64,000 nt of DNA, from the NCBI GenBank assembly GCA_963675755.2, contig CAXXMD010000003.1:2336001-2400000 (forward strand). Direction: 5' to 3'. Position numbers and translations under genes: made by a program. Below, piece by piece: positions 27,161-37,795 of this stretch; position 1 is the stretch's first letter, and every line of letters begins with the position of its first letter. This DNA is from a bacterium. Its GTDB lineage: Bacteria; Zhuqueibacterota; Zhuqueibacteria; Residuimicrobiales; Krinioviventaceae. Below the pieces are notes generated by a model that was not told the DNA's origin, ran no database searches, and worked only from the letters and a program-made list of their open reading frames with translations.

Positions 27161-30100
27161 ATGAAGTTGGTTTTTAAAATTTTAATTCTCTTGCTGTCAA
27201 GTTATGTTTTATTGTTCGCCAATGATGATGTGGCCTTGTACGACATCAGTCAAAAGCTTGGTCCCACTATACCCAGGGCAATGTTGAAAAAAATATCAAT
27301 CAATTTAGATAAAGCTCCAATGGAAGACGCTCTGGCACTGATTTCGGACAAGATAGATCTGCAATTTAATTTCAATCGAAATATTATTCCTGTGAAAAAA
27401 AGAGTATCTGTTAAAATGGACCAGGTTTTTGCTGCAGAGGCGTTGCTGGCTGTTTTGGAAGAAACCGGAACCAGTTTGATGATAACAGATAACGGACATA
27501 TGGTTATTATGCCGCAAGGCAAGAAAAAGTCTCGCGGAGCCATCAAGGGAATTGTTAGAGATGCAGTCACCGGCGAAGTACTACCCGGTGCTAATGTAAT
27601 GATTAAAGGAACCAGCTTTGGTGCGGCTACTAATATTGATGGTGAATTTAAAATCCAGAATTTACCTCCTGGGAATTTTACCGTTTTTGCAAAATTTATC
27701 GGGTATGATGAACAGGAACAGGATGTACAGTTAAGTTTGGGTGAGCAAAGAGAGATCGAGTTTGACCTCAGCTTTATTGTAGTAGAGGGAGCAGAAGTTG
27801 TAGTGACCGCACAGGCGGAAGGACAGATGGCCGCAATCAACCAGCAGCTTGCATCCCGACAAATTGTAAATGTGGTTTCATCTGACCGTATTCAGGAAAT
27901 GCCGGATGCGAACGCAGCAGAATCCGTTGGACGATTACCCGGTGTATCCATAAATCGTGATGGTGGTGAAGCCACCAGTGTAACCATTCGTGGTCTGTCT
28001 GAAGGATTTAATACCGTATCTATCGATGGTGTCAAAGTGCCCAGTGCTTCAGACAGTCGCAGTGTAGGACTTGATTTTATAAGTCCCAATATGCTTGATG
28101 GTATCGTACTAACCAAGGCCTTGACTGCTGATATGGAGGGTGATGCTACCGGTGGTAATGTCAATTTTGTGCTCAAAGATGCACCAAGTGGTTTAAAAGT
28201 ACAGGTTGATTTACAGGGAGGGTATTCCGGTTTACGTGATGAATTCGGTATGCCCAAAGGGAACTTGAGTGTCAGTAATCGTTTTTTTGATGAAAAACTG
28301 GGTATTTACGCACAGGTATCTGCTCGCGAAGATGATAGAAGCACCGATTATTTTGGTTCAAGTTATCAACATTCTTCACAATATATTTTTGATCAACCCG
28401 GTGAGCCTAAATTAACATCAATTAATCTTTACAATGTTAACAGTATCAAAGATCGATATGGTGTTACTCTGGTTATGGATTATCGATTGCCTAATGGCAA
28501 GCTAATTTTTAAAAATTTTGGCAGTCAGTTAAATACTGATGTTATTACACGCCGTATTGTAGCATCTCCAACAGGCGGTTCTGATGCTTTAGATTTTCGT
28601 CATAATTATGTTAAATCAGAAACCCGTAATATATCCAACTCGTTTGGTGGTGAACATCAACTCTTGAATGGTATGTTTGACTGGAAATTGTCAAGCTCTA
28701 ACACAAAATACAGTACACCTACAGATTGGACCGTTCGGTTTGCAAGCGGATATGCTTCATATCTCGGTAGTACCAATGATCTGAACAAACCCCCTGACCA
28801 GATTTATGATCTGTTTACTTGGGACCTGGATAAAGTCAGATGGAATACAACTACCCATGAATGGACCGAAACTGAAGCTAAAGAATATGGTGCAGAATTC
28901 AATTATGAACGTCCCTGGCAATTTACCAGTAATTTAAGTGGAAATGTTAAATTTGGCGGGAAATACAGATATCATGATCGTGCAAAAGATTATGAAATTT
29001 GGACAACTGATACCCGTGCCGGAGGCGGCCATGAAGGACAGCTTAAACGAATACGTGATGAAATATTTTCCGATAAAGAACTGACGCTTGTTGATGGCTT
29101 ATATGTTGCTTATTCAAATTTTATTGATGAATCGTTACAGGTTTCAGATCTTTTAAAGAAATACAATTTTCTTGCCTATTCTGACCATGACGATATGAAA
29201 AGGATTGCAGAATATTATTATGGATCACCCGATTCTCCCACGCCTTCCTATATGAAAGAATCAATAACAGCAGATTATTCGGATTACAGTAGTAATTCCG
29301 CATATTCTGCAGGATATGTTATGACCGAGATTAACTTTGGAAGAAAATGGACTTTAATACCCGGAGTTCGTTATGAAAGCGTTGAACATGATATTGATGC
29401 GAATTATATCGATTACCGGGGTGTATATAATATAAGTAAAGAGAACCAGGGAGTTTTAGAAATCTTGAATGCAACACCATCCAATGATTTCTGGCTGCCA
29501 ATGGTACACTTGCAATACCAGATCACAGATTGGTGCGATATCCGTCTGGCTTCCACAAAGACTTTGCGTCGCCCCAATTATTTGCAATATTCTCCGCAAT
29601 TAAGAATTACTACAGAAAATATTCTTCGTGGAAATCCCAATTTAAAAGTTGAAACCAGTCAGAATTTTGATGTACAGGCATCCTTTTATAATAATCTGTT
29701 AGGATTGTTATCTGTTGGCGGATTTTATAAAGAGATTGATAACTATATTTATTCTGTGACTACAAATATTCGCAAAGGAGATCTCTTTGATGGATTGCCA
29801 GATGAGGATTTTGTAGCATACAGCCCGGATGATTTTGCAGGTTATACCCTGACGCAGCCCATTAATAATGAACCTACGGCCTATGTACGGGGTATTGAAA
29901 TGGAATGGCAGACCCGTTTTTGGTACTTGCCTAAACCTTTCGATGGTCTGGTATTAAATACAAATATTTCATTTATCGATACTGAAACCCGGTACCCTCA
30001 ATTTATTGAAACCGGTGGTACTCCCCCCTGGTACCGTGACAGAGTTGATTCTTTGGTATATAGAAAAAGTCGTATGCAGAACCAACCTGAAATTGTAGGG

Positions 30101-30397
30101 AATGTATCTGTTGGATATGATAAGGGTGGATTTTCAGGAAGGTTGTCATTCTATTATCAGGGCAACACACTGGCCTATGTTGACCGTATTTTTACAATCC
30201 AGGATTATTATAAAGATGAAGTGATCAGGCTTGATTTGAAATTGAAACAAAAACTCTCAAAGAATTTTGATTTGTTCTTTGATTTAAACAACCTGACTAA
30301 TGATCCTGATATTGTTCGATATAATATTGTCGATTATTTGCAAAAAGAAGAACATTATGACTGGCAAGCATCATTAGGTTTACGTTATACATTATAA
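27161..30397 (+). CDS. TonB-dependent receptor with N-terminal signalling (STN-like) and carboxypeptidase-regulatory-like domains
   Basis: GEVLPGANV, plug motif PDANAAESVGRLPGVS..IRG, GNPNLK, NNLTN, terminal LGLRYTL. Confidence 0.93.
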   Translation: MKLVFKILILLLSSYVLLFANDDVALYDISQKLGPTIPRAMLKKISINLDKAPMEDALALISDKIDLQFNFNRNIIPVKKRVSVKMDQVFAAEALLAVLEETGTSLMITDNGHMVIMPQGKKKSRGAIKGIVRDAVTGEVLPGANVMIKGTSFGAATNIDGEFKIQNLPPGNFTVFAKFIGYDEQEQDVQLSLGEQREIEFDLSFIVVEGAEVVVTAQAEGQMAAINQQLASRQIVNVVSSDRIQEMPDANAAESVGRLPGVSINRDGGEATSVTIRGLSEGFNTVSIDGVKVPSASDSRSVGLDFISPNMLDGIVLTKALTADMEGDATGGNVNFVLKDAPSGLKVQVDLQGGYSGLRDEFGMPKGNLSVSNRFFDEKLGIYAQVSAREDDRSTDYFGSSYQHSSQYIFDQPGEPKLTSINLYNVNSIKDRYGVTLVMDYRLPNGKLIFKNFGSQLNTDVITRRIVASPTGGSDALDFRHNYVKSETRNISNSFGGEHQLLNGMFDWKLSSSNTKYSTPTDWTVRFASGYASYLGSTNDLNKPPDQIYDLFTWDLDKVRWNTTTHEWTETEAKEYGAEFNYERPWQFTSNLSGNVKFGGKYRYHDRAKDYEIWTTDTRAGGGHEGQLKRIRDEIFSDKELTLVDGLYVAYSNFIDESLQVSDLLKKYNFLAYSDHDDMKRIAEYYYGSPDSPTPSYMKESITADYSDYSSNSAYSAGYVMTEINFGRKWTLIPGVRYESVEHDIDANYIDYRGVYNISKENQGVLEILNATPSNDFWLPMVHLQYQITDWCDIRLASTKTLRRPNYLQYSPQLRITTENILRGNPNLKVETSQNFDVQASFYNNLLGLLSVGGFYKEIDNYIYSVTTNIRKGDLFDGLPDEDFVAYSPDDFAGYTLTQPINNEPTAYVRGIEMEWQTRFWYLPKPFDGLVLNTNISFIDTETRYPQFIETGGTPPWYRDRVDSLVYRKSRMQNQPEIVGNVSVGYDKGGFSGRLSFYYQGNTLAYVDRIFTIQDYYKDEVIRLDLKLKQKLSKNFDLFFDLNNLTNDPDIVRYNIVDYLQKEEHYDWQASLGLRYTL

Positions 30398-30399
30398 AA

Positions 30400-30411
30400 A
30401 AAGGAGGTGAT
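30400..30411 (+). promoter_or_regulatory. Orphan perfect Shine-Dalgarno sequence AAAGGAGGTGAT
   Basis: 12-nt complement of the canonical 16S 3' tail, just after the receptor stop; no canonical start codon at normal spacing. Confidence 0.5.
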
Positions 30412-30486
30412 AGTAGATTTTTATTGCAAGGATACTTGGATTCTAAAGGATTTGTTGCTTTTACAAATGTGTAAGGAGGTTATTAA

Positions 30487-32202
30487 ATGGAGGTTAATTC
30501 AATGTTTTTGAGCACAAAAAGGGTAATGTGTATTTTAATTTTGCTAACGACTATGGTTTTTGCCCAAGTACCTGATACTGTTTATGTAGATCCAGGCATT
30601 GGAACTTTGAATGACGCGGTTGCTATTGAAAGTAATCATGATAAAGTTTTTAAACTGCAAAGTGGTCCCGATGCAATTTACATTTTAACTGAGGATATTG
30701 TGAATCAGGGCTGGTTCCTGCAAGTTGTAGGTGAAGATGATGGACAAATGCCACCACAATTGATCCGTGATTCCGAATCAAATGGTATCTATCCTTTTAC
30801 TGTTGAAGGTGATATCTCTCTTAAAAATTTGTGGATTCACAATACTACTCTGGCAGGAGTACGAGGAAAAAGATCTGTAATCACTGTTAAAGAAGATTCA
30901 ATTGATGTTACTATTGATGGTGTAATTTCCAGCGGTGGCCGTGGTTATTTTTGCCATCTCGAAAATGCTGCCTTTGTAAATTTAAAAGTTTGTAATTGTA
31001 CATTTTACAATTCTTTTTCAGACGGAAGTGCCAATTCCGGTGGTCAGTTTGTAAGAATTCAGGGCGATTATACTGGAACTTATAATATTGTAAATAACAC
31101 TGTTTTTAATACTACCGGTCCCGCCTTTTTGAATCATGATAAAGTATTTGATGTTGTTCAGAATGTAGTGGTTGAACATAATACAATTGTATTGACTACC
31201 CGTCAGGTATTTGAGGTTATGTTGCTCTTGAAAGAGTATACGGTTAAAAATAATTTGTTTGTTGATGGTTATGTTCGTGCGGTTGTCGATTCAGGTCTGT
31301 ATCAGGGTGTAGATTATGCAGGTGATTATATGGGTGGTGGTGATCCCGAACGTAATAATACCGAAGGCTTTTTCCCTGTTGATACTTTGGATGCCGAATG
31401 GGGCATTCCAGAAAACGAAAGATATCTGAGTATACATCACAATGTTCGTTTTGATAGCCCCAAAATTCTCAACTGGCATGCAGAAAACAATGTACATGAT
31501 GTTCCATGGTTAGAAGTGGTTGGGCAGGAAATGTTTGATGCATATCCCAATTTTATTTTTGAAAATAATGTTGAAGGTGTTGATCCACAGTTTACAACAC
31601 CATTGAGCGAAGAACAGTATGATAAAGTGATCGCATGGCAGGATAATTACAGAAAATCCATGGAAATGCCAAGCAGAAGCTGGACACCAGATGGTGATGA
31701 TGATCCCTTTACCAATCCATGGCCATTGCCAATCGACTTTTCTTTCAATTATGAACAAACCTATGCCACCGAAGGCTACCATCTTGCAGGTGATGATGGT
31801 TACCCGGTTGGTGACTTGAACTGGTTCCCTGAATTGAAGGAAAAATGGGAAAATGGAGAAGCCGGTACCTTGACACCGATCAATATTTCAACAGCTGTTG
31901 AAGATGAACAAGTTATGGTTATTGATGATTTTCAATTGAACCAGAATTATCCCAATCCGTTCAACCCTGTTACTTCTATTGATTATTCTTTGAATAATAG
32001 TGCTGTGGTTAGTATGACTGTATATAATACATTGGGCCAGAAAATTAAAACTCTGGTAAATACCAAAGTTCAAGCCGGTAACCATTCTGTTGTTTGGAAC
32101 GGTACTGATGATTACAACCAAAATGTTGGTAGTGGTATTTATTACTGCCAGATCAAGTCTAATGACCTCAAGAAAACCATAAAGATGTTACTTGTGAGAT
32201 AA
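30487..32202 (+). CDS. Secreted beta-helix-like protein with QNYPNPFNP/FlgD-Ig C-terminal domain
   Basis: Signal peptide; N-T-F/V-x-N beta-helix-like repeats; GYPVGDLNW; C-terminal LNQNYPNPFNP...WNGTDD..VGSGIY. Confidence 0.8.
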   Translation: MEVNSMFLSTKRVMCILILLTTMVFAQVPDTVYVDPGIGTLNDAVAIESNHDKVFKLQSGPDAIYILTEDIVNQGWFLQVVGEDDGQMPPQLIRDSESNGIYPFTVEGDISLKNLWIHNTTLAGVRGKRSVITVKEDSIDVTIDGVISSGGRGYFCHLENAAFVNLKVCNCTFYNSFSDGSANSGGQFVRIQGDYTGTYNIVNNTVFNTTGPAFLNHDKVFDVVQNVVVEHNTIVLTTRQVFEVMLLLKEYTVKNNLFVDGYVRAVVDSGLYQGVDYAGDYMGGGDPERNNTEGFFPVDTLDAEWGIPENERYLSIHHNVRFDSPKILNWHAENNVHDVPWLEVVGQEMFDAYPNFIFENNVEGVDPQFTTPLSEEQYDKVIAWQDNYRKSMEMPSRSWTPDGDDDPFTNPWPLPIDFSFNYEQTYATEGYHLAGDDGYPVGDLNWFPELKEKWENGEAGTLTPINISTAVEDEQVMVIDDFQLNQNYPNPFNPVTSIDYSLNNSAVVSMTVYNTLGQKIKTLVNTKVQAGNHSVVWNGTDDYNQNVGSGIYYCQIKSNDLKKTIKMLLVR

Positions 32203-32219
32203 CGCTAACATTTCTACTC

Positions 32220-32267
32220 AAGCACAATAAAGAATGATTGATTTTATTCTTTATTGTGCTTTTTTTT
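32220..32267 (+). terminator. Intrinsic terminator
   Basis: 16-bp stem AAGCACAATAAAGAAT/ATTCTTTATTGTGCTT followed by a T-run. Confidence 0.75.
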
Positions 32268-32411
32268 GTACTTTCAACAGATACTCCCGGAATGTTAAAT
32301 ATTTTATAATTAATGGATATCAATATCTTTTTTATTCTTGATGATTGATGAAAATTTGGTATATTCAAATTCGAACCAGTATAAATACAACAGATAGATG
32401 GAAGTGAGAAT

Positions 32412-34256
32412 ATGATGAAAAAATCTAACAATATTGATCGTCGTACGTTTTTAACTCGCTCTCTTTTGGGTCTGGGCGCAATCGGATTAAGCGAGTTTGC
32501 AAATCCATTTGTAAAAACAACTATCGCTGCACAGGGCAAAAAACTCATCGCCACAACGGATTACAATGACAACCTTGCTGTGAACTATAATGGCACCCGA
32601 TATGGTACACCGAAAAAGTGGCCGGATGAATTTTATAAAGACAATCGCTATTTTATGGATAGGGCACAATTGGATGATCTGCATAGAGAACTGGCTTCGA
32701 TGGGAGTCACCCGGCATCAATTTATGTATAATCCCCGATCTACCTATTATGAAAATTATCCGCACGGATTTGATTTGCTTGCCGAGGTTGCTGATTCAGC
32801 ACATAAATATGGTCTGGAAATATACAATGTTATAAAACCTTTTGAAAATGGTGGTTTTGCAGCATTTTTGCCAACAACAATGCCTTTTCCTGAACACTCT
32901 GACGCTTTTAAGGACCTTCGCGGTATATGTCCCGGTGCATGGACTTTTGCTGCCGAACATCCTGAAATGAACCTAAAGAGAAAACCCGGAACTCCGGATG
33001 TTAAAGGTCCGGTAACAGCTATACGGCTCATCAAGAGTGATAATAGAAATTATAGAATTTCACAAGAGCATATATCAATATGGTCAAGCGCATCCAACAA
33101 TAATTTTGTAGAATATACGGGGCCTGTGAAATATGAGGAAACAGTGCTATCCCGGTATAGATTCCCCTATTGGCGGCAATGCAATGCCCTGGTTTTCTCG
33201 GGATTGCAGCTTCCAGAGAACCATAAATATATTTTGATCAAATGCAGTCTGGCAGATTCGCAAGGCAATTTTAGTAATGAATATGGCAATATTCTTGAGC
33301 TCCTGAATCAGGATGGTGAGATTATTCCACATACTATGGGCAAGGAGCCAGTTGATTTAAAAGACCATATGCGTATTTTTAAAAGTGATCTTCAATTGAA
33401 ACAGATCCGTTATTTACAGAATCCGTTGGTACAGGCAGAAATTAATAATCCTGAAAGAATGAAATACCATTATAATGATTTTTACAAGTTTGGGGAGAAT
33501 TTGTCTTCACAATGGACCACCTTGGATAAAGACGGATTTTTAATGGCAGTTTGTGGCAAGCCTGAATATATGCTTGGTACCTTGCATCCCATTTACCCCG
33601 AGGTAAGGGAAGAGTGGTTGAGATTGACAAAATATTGTCTGGATAGGGGAGCGGATGGCATCAATTTTAGGGCGGCCAACCATACCCGCATGGATGAGTT
33701 TTGGGAATATGGATATAATGAACCGGTATTAAAAGCATCTGGCGGAAAGACAGATTTTCCAACCATAAGTAAAATCAATGGAGATGCTTATACGCTTTTC
33801 CTGCGTCAGGCACGGGACCAGATCAAGAGCCGTGGCAAGAATATGACGATCCATTTACATACCACAATGCTTAAACCGGATGACCGAAAGCCTTCTACCA
33901 GTCTTCCGCCCAATTTTGAGTGGCAGTGGCCTACCTGGGTACAAGAAATTGGAGATGAGTTTGAATTACGCGGCAGTTTTACATTACGCCCCTGGCACCT
34001 GGATACAGTTATAGAAGTATTCAGCAAGGCAACAAATGCAGCTCGTAAACCTTTGTATTACCAGGGTGATTTTCATGGCATGTCGATGGAAAGGCCATAT
34101 TTATGCACTCCGAATGAAATAGATAGAGTTAACTCGGACCCTAATCTTGCAGGATTTGTAATGTATGAGACCGCGTATTATACACGTTTAACTGATGATT
34201 ATCGTATTGAAAAAAGTCAGGAAATGGCCGCGGTTGTGAAAAAATTAAATGAGTGA
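32412..34256 (+). CDS. Tat-exported GH-like protein, paralog 4
   Basis: DRRTFL Tat motif; GVTRHQF, LHPIYPEVR, CLDRGADGINFR, GFVMYETA shared with paralogs 1-3. Confidence 0.8.
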   Translation: MMKKSNNIDRRTFLTRSLLGLGAIGLSEFANPFVKTTIAAQGKKLIATTDYNDNLAVNYNGTRYGTPKKWPDEFYKDNRYFMDRAQLDDLHRELASMGVTRHQFMYNPRSTYYENYPHGFDLLAEVADSAHKYGLEIYNVIKPFENGGFAAFLPTTMPFPEHSDAFKDLRGICPGAWTFAAEHPEMNLKRKPGTPDVKGPVTAIRLIKSDNRNYRISQEHISIWSSASNNNFVEYTGPVKYEETVLSRYRFPYWRQCNALVFSGLQLPENHKYILIKCSLADSQGNFSNEYGNILELLNQDGEIIPHTMGKEPVDLKDHMRIFKSDLQLKQIRYLQNPLVQAEINNPERMKYHYNDFYKFGENLSSQWTTLDKDGFLMAVCGKPEYMLGTLHPIYPEVREEWLRLTKYCLDRGADGINFRAANHTRMDEFWEYGYNEPVLKASGGKTDFPTISKINGDAYTLFLRQARDQIKSRGKNMTIHLHTTMLKPDDRKPSTSLPPNFEWQWPTWVQEIGDEFELRGSFTLRPWHLDTVIEVFSKATNAARKPLYYQGDFHGMSMERPYLCTPNEIDRVNSDPNLAGFVMYETAYYTRLTDDYRIEKSQEMAAVVKKLNE

Positions 34257-34347
34257 TTTGGTTTGCTCTAATAGAGAGCAAGTTTAATTATTTCTTGATT
34301 CTTTAAACTAACTGACTAAAGTATAATTGAATCAAATGAGGGGCACC

Positions 34348-35070
34348 ATGTCATCAGGGGACAAGCGGATTACAAATCTTGAAATACCATGTATGCAGTG
34401 CAAATATTATGCACCAGAAAGCGGTGCGTGTGAGAATATCCATGAAAACGTGCGGCTGAATCCCAAGCGTTTTTTGAAAAAATGCAACTGGAAGTATTTT
34501 GAACATGATGCTATTAAAGACGAACGGTTTCAGAAATGGAAAACGCAAGTTGAAGCCATTGCGCTGAACGAAAATGTGGGCGGGTGGTCTTTCTTTTTTG
34601 CTTCTCTTTCAATTATACCCCTAATTGGTTTAATCCCAACAATGATCTCGATTGTTTGGGGATTGATCAAAATCAAACACCGAGGATTGATTGTTATATT
34701 GATTGCGGTAAGCGGTACCATTTTGAGTATGTTGATACCATTTATTATTGTAATGATCATTATTGGACACCAGGGGCTGGCATTGCATGATTGGCAAATT
34801 CCACATATTGAAAACGATCTTGCAATTCTGGACAAAAAAGTTGAATTGTATCATGAAAGAAACAATGTCTATCCGGATTCTCTGCGACAGGTATTGCGAA
34901 CGCTAACATTGGAAGAAAAGTTGGAACTGTTTAATAAAGACCAGGGTAAAATGTTAAAAGCATATCATTATGAACATAAAGAGCCGGATGAATACCTGTT
35001 ATTTTTTGTGGGATTTGACAATAAACCCTTTACGGATGACGACATTTATCCGGTTGAAAATGACTCGTAG
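34348..35070 (+). CDS. Hypothetical membrane protein (N-terminal Cys cluster, TM hairpin, pseudopilin-G-like tail)
   Basis: CMQC..C..C; TM helices; YHERNNVYPDSL ... VGFDNKPFTDDDI. Confidence 0.6.
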   Translation: MSSGDKRITNLEIPCMQCKYYAPESGACENIHENVRLNPKRFLKKCNWKYFEHDAIKDERFQKWKTQVEAIALNENVGGWSFFFASLSIIPLIGLIPTMISIVWGLIKIKHRGLIVILIAVSGTILSMLIPFIIVMIIIGHQGLALHDWQIPHIENDLAILDKKVELYHERNNVYPDSLRQVLRTLTLEEKLELFNKDQGKMLKAYHYEHKEPDEYLLFFVGFDNKPFTDDDIYPVENDS

Positions 35071-35090
35071 TAAATTCAAGGGGGCCGGTA

Positions 35091-36557
35091 TTGCGTATTT
35101 ATAAAATTGTTTTCCTGTGTTTGTTGCCACTCTGTTCTTTTCCCCAAAATGATTCAGTTCCTGGCGGGTATCGCCCGTTTTTTACTGCCTGGCTGCAGAA
35201 TTCTAATCAGCTAGCTGATTTTGTACAGCCGCAAGAGTTGGCTTTGTCTAATCGGTTGGGAACAACGTATAAAGGCGTACAGCACAAATTCATGATCTCT
35301 AATGATCTGGATGAGAATGTTAAACAACAAATGCTTGCGGGAGAGATCCCCTATACCTGTTCAGTAGAAGCGCTTGACAATGGATTTGACTGTCTTTTAT
35401 TGGATTTGCCTCAGCAACAACAAATGCGGTTTTATTTTCAGGATTCGTTGCTGATCTCTCGTCCTTCGTATTATGCAAAAGACTGGGAGCCGTTCGAGTC
35501 CGGATTTTTTGTGTTCCATGTCAGCGATGCTTGCTTGTACAATACCTATGCTACTGAGAGATTAGATGCGTTTGTCAGACAAATTGCAGAACTGATGGAT
35601 TTTTCAGAATCTGATATTGAACGTTTGCAGCGTGAAAAAATCCATTATTTTTTGTGCCGAGATGATATAGAGATTGAACAGTTGACCGGCTATGTATCTC
35701 GCGGTCAGTTTTACATTCCTTATGATTATGTGATATCCACTTTTAATTGTCATTATCACGAGTTGATCCATTTACTGATCAATTATAAATTGGGCGAGCT
35801 TCCCTTGTATACCCAGCCGTTTTTGCAGGAAGGGCTTGCGGTTGCGTTGGGTGGCCGCGGCGGCAAAGAACCGGGTGTGATACTGGATTTGGGACATTTT
35901 GTGTTGAACAGCGGATTTTTGGATTATAAAACCCTGCTGAGTAGAAATGGTTTTTATAGTATGGATGCTTCCATGAGTTACCCTGCTTCAGGATTGTATA
36001 CCCGATTTTTGATCGATACTCTGGGATTTGATGCGTATGAGCAATTGTATGAGAAATATAGCGGCAGTATTGATCAAGTTGAGAAACATCCAATCAATAC
36101 AACGGATTTGCCTGATGAAACAATATGGCAGCAATATTTAGCGAGGTTTGGGGATAAAGATGTTTTACCCGCTACCGGAAATGCTGAAAACATGATCGGT
36201 TTTATCAAAGGTAAAGAATATATGGTTGCGCAGAACCGGGATTGGTATCTGTTTGTAACGCAAAAAGACCTGCTTGTGAGCACCCAAAACCGCCACCCGG
36301 ATTATGACAGCAAGTTGTTCAAAGAGCTGTTTCCGAATCGAGATTACAAGTCTGAAAAATACGCAATCCGGGTTTCTGCGAGCGAGATATCTGTTTACAA
36401 CCTGTTTACAAACAATCTCATTGCCAAATATGCAAGTGGATTCAGTACAGATATGAAACCAATTCCTGTTGATGAGCATGAGAGTTTTCGGTTTTTGGTG
36501 CGCAAAACTGTGTTTGATGAAGACCTGGATGGAAACTCAATCAAGGTTGTAGATTGA
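35091..36557 (+). CDS. Secreted HExxH (gluzincin-like) putative metallopeptidase
   Basis: HELIH followed by FLQEGLAV; signal peptide. Confidence 0.65.
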   Translation: MRIYKIVFLCLLPLCSFPQNDSVPGGYRPFFTAWLQNSNQLADFVQPQELALSNRLGTTYKGVQHKFMISNDLDENVKQQMLAGEIPYTCSVEALDNGFDCLLLDLPQQQQMRFYFQDSLLISRPSYYAKDWEPFESGFFVFHVSDACLYNTYATERLDAFVRQIAELMDFSESDIERLQREKIHYFLCRDDIEIEQLTGYVSRGQFYIPYDYVISTFNCHYHELIHLLINYKLGELPLYTQPFLQEGLAVALGGRGGKEPGVILDLGHFVLNSGFLDYKTLLSRNGFYSMDASMSYPASGLYTRFLIDTLGFDAYEQLYEKYSGSIDQVEKHPINTTDLPDETIWQQYLARFGDKDVLPATGNAENMIGFIKGKEYMVAQNRDWYLFVTQKDLLVSTQNRHPDYDSKLFKELFPNRDYKSEKYAIRVSASEISVYNLFTNNLIAKYASGFSTDMKPIPVDEHESFRFLVRKTVFDEDLDGNSIKVVD

Positions 36558-36616
36558 GTTTTGACGAGTGCAAGTTGGATTTTGTAGGTGAAAAAATGTT
36601 TGTTTGTGAATTGAAG

Positions 36617-37159
36617 CTAATGTATAAAATACATTAATCCAAAAACAGCTCCGGGAACGGTCCATTTGTCATTGATATTGCCGAATGCTAGCAAGTTTAA
36701 ACGCCAGTTATCGTTACCCAAAAAGACTTGCCCTTGAATTGCTCCGGATACTCCCTGAAAAGGGTAAAAGACAAATCTTTCTTTTGCACGTATCCATTCG
36801 GTCTCTGCTCCCCAGGAATATCCACCACCCAAAGATACGGCTGCTCCCAAATGTCCTTTTATATACTGTTTCCCAAATAGGATGCTGATGTTTTTTATAT
36901 ACTCGTGTTCGTCACTGCTATCGAAACCAATGATATCGATAGAATTGCTATAGCAAATACTGAGATAGTCCCGGTCCCAGGTATAAGCATATTGCACCAA
37001 ATTAGAGACCCAACCGTTTTCTGTGTCCTGGTTGCGAATGGCACCCACATTCAGACTGAGCCAGTGACGATGTACAACATATTCATTTTTTTGATCGTTT
37101 TGCCCCAAAAGGGATGTTGAAATCAAGAGGATACAAACCAGCCATGTATTGTGTCTCAT
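36617..37159 (-). CDS. Hypothetical outer-membrane beta-barrel-like protein
   Basis: Start at 37159 (TAATG coupling, GAGG RBS); signal peptide and amphipathic strands. Confidence 0.6.
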   Translation of the reverse strand: MRHNTWLVCILLISTSLLGQNDQKNEYVVHRHWLSLNVGAIRNQDTENGWVSNLVQYAYTWDRDYLSICYSNSIDIIGFDSSDEHEYIKNISILFGKQYIKGHLGAAVSLGGGYSWGAETEWIRAKERFVFYPFQGVSGAIQGQVFLGNDNWRLNLLAFGNINDKWTVPGAVFGLMYFIH

Positions 37160-37713
37160 TATTTGTACCTCTTGCTTGATATATGAAAGGATAACGTTGC
37201 AAGTACCGGCGCACCGGCCAATACACCCCACCCCATTTCAGTTCTGTTATAAATATATATTCCAACAAGGGTACCCAGTATGCTGCCGGCAATGGTCGCC
37301 GTACGGGAAGCCTGAATGCCACGGTTCTCTCCGGCTTTGTGTATGGCATAACCGTTCCCCAGCACATAGCCGATTGAAGCACCGATGGCGTATCCTGTTC
37401 CTATGGACATTTCATGTTTGTCCGAGTTTTCAAAATCTGCAAGCAGGCACATGGTACCCAGTCCGCTCAAAATCCCAATTACCGAGCCTTCAATAGGTCC
37501 TATCACCAATTGCTTTGCGGCAACCCATGCGGCGGGTTGGGATTGATAATAATTTGATTTTGACATTAAAGGTGTGGGAGTTTCATTGCTTTGATAAGAT
37601 GTGAATTCTACAGGGGGGAGAACAGAACTTAACCTGGTTTGAGAATACAATTCTACATCATTGAATACCAACAGCAACAGTAGAGCAATACTACAAGGTT
37701 TCAGTAGAAGCAT
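37159..37713 (-). CDS. Hypothetical secreted/membrane protein with Gly-rich helices
   Basis: Signal peptide; glycine-zipper-like hydrophobic segments. Confidence 0.6.
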   Translation of the reverse strand: MLLLKPCSIALLLLLVFNDVELYSQTRLSSVLPPVEFTSYQSNETPTPLMSKSNYYQSQPAAWVAAKQLVIGPIEGSVIGILSGLGTMCLLADFENSDKHEMSIGTGYAIGASIGYVLGNGYAIHKAGENRGIQASRTATIAGSILGTLVGIYIYNRTEMGWGVLAGAPVLATLSFHISSKRYK

Positions 37714-37795
37714 AATATTACCTGTATATTTAATAGAGTTGAGAGGTGGTTTTTCCCATTTTTAAAAAAGTATTGTAAATAAATGATTGAGTGAA

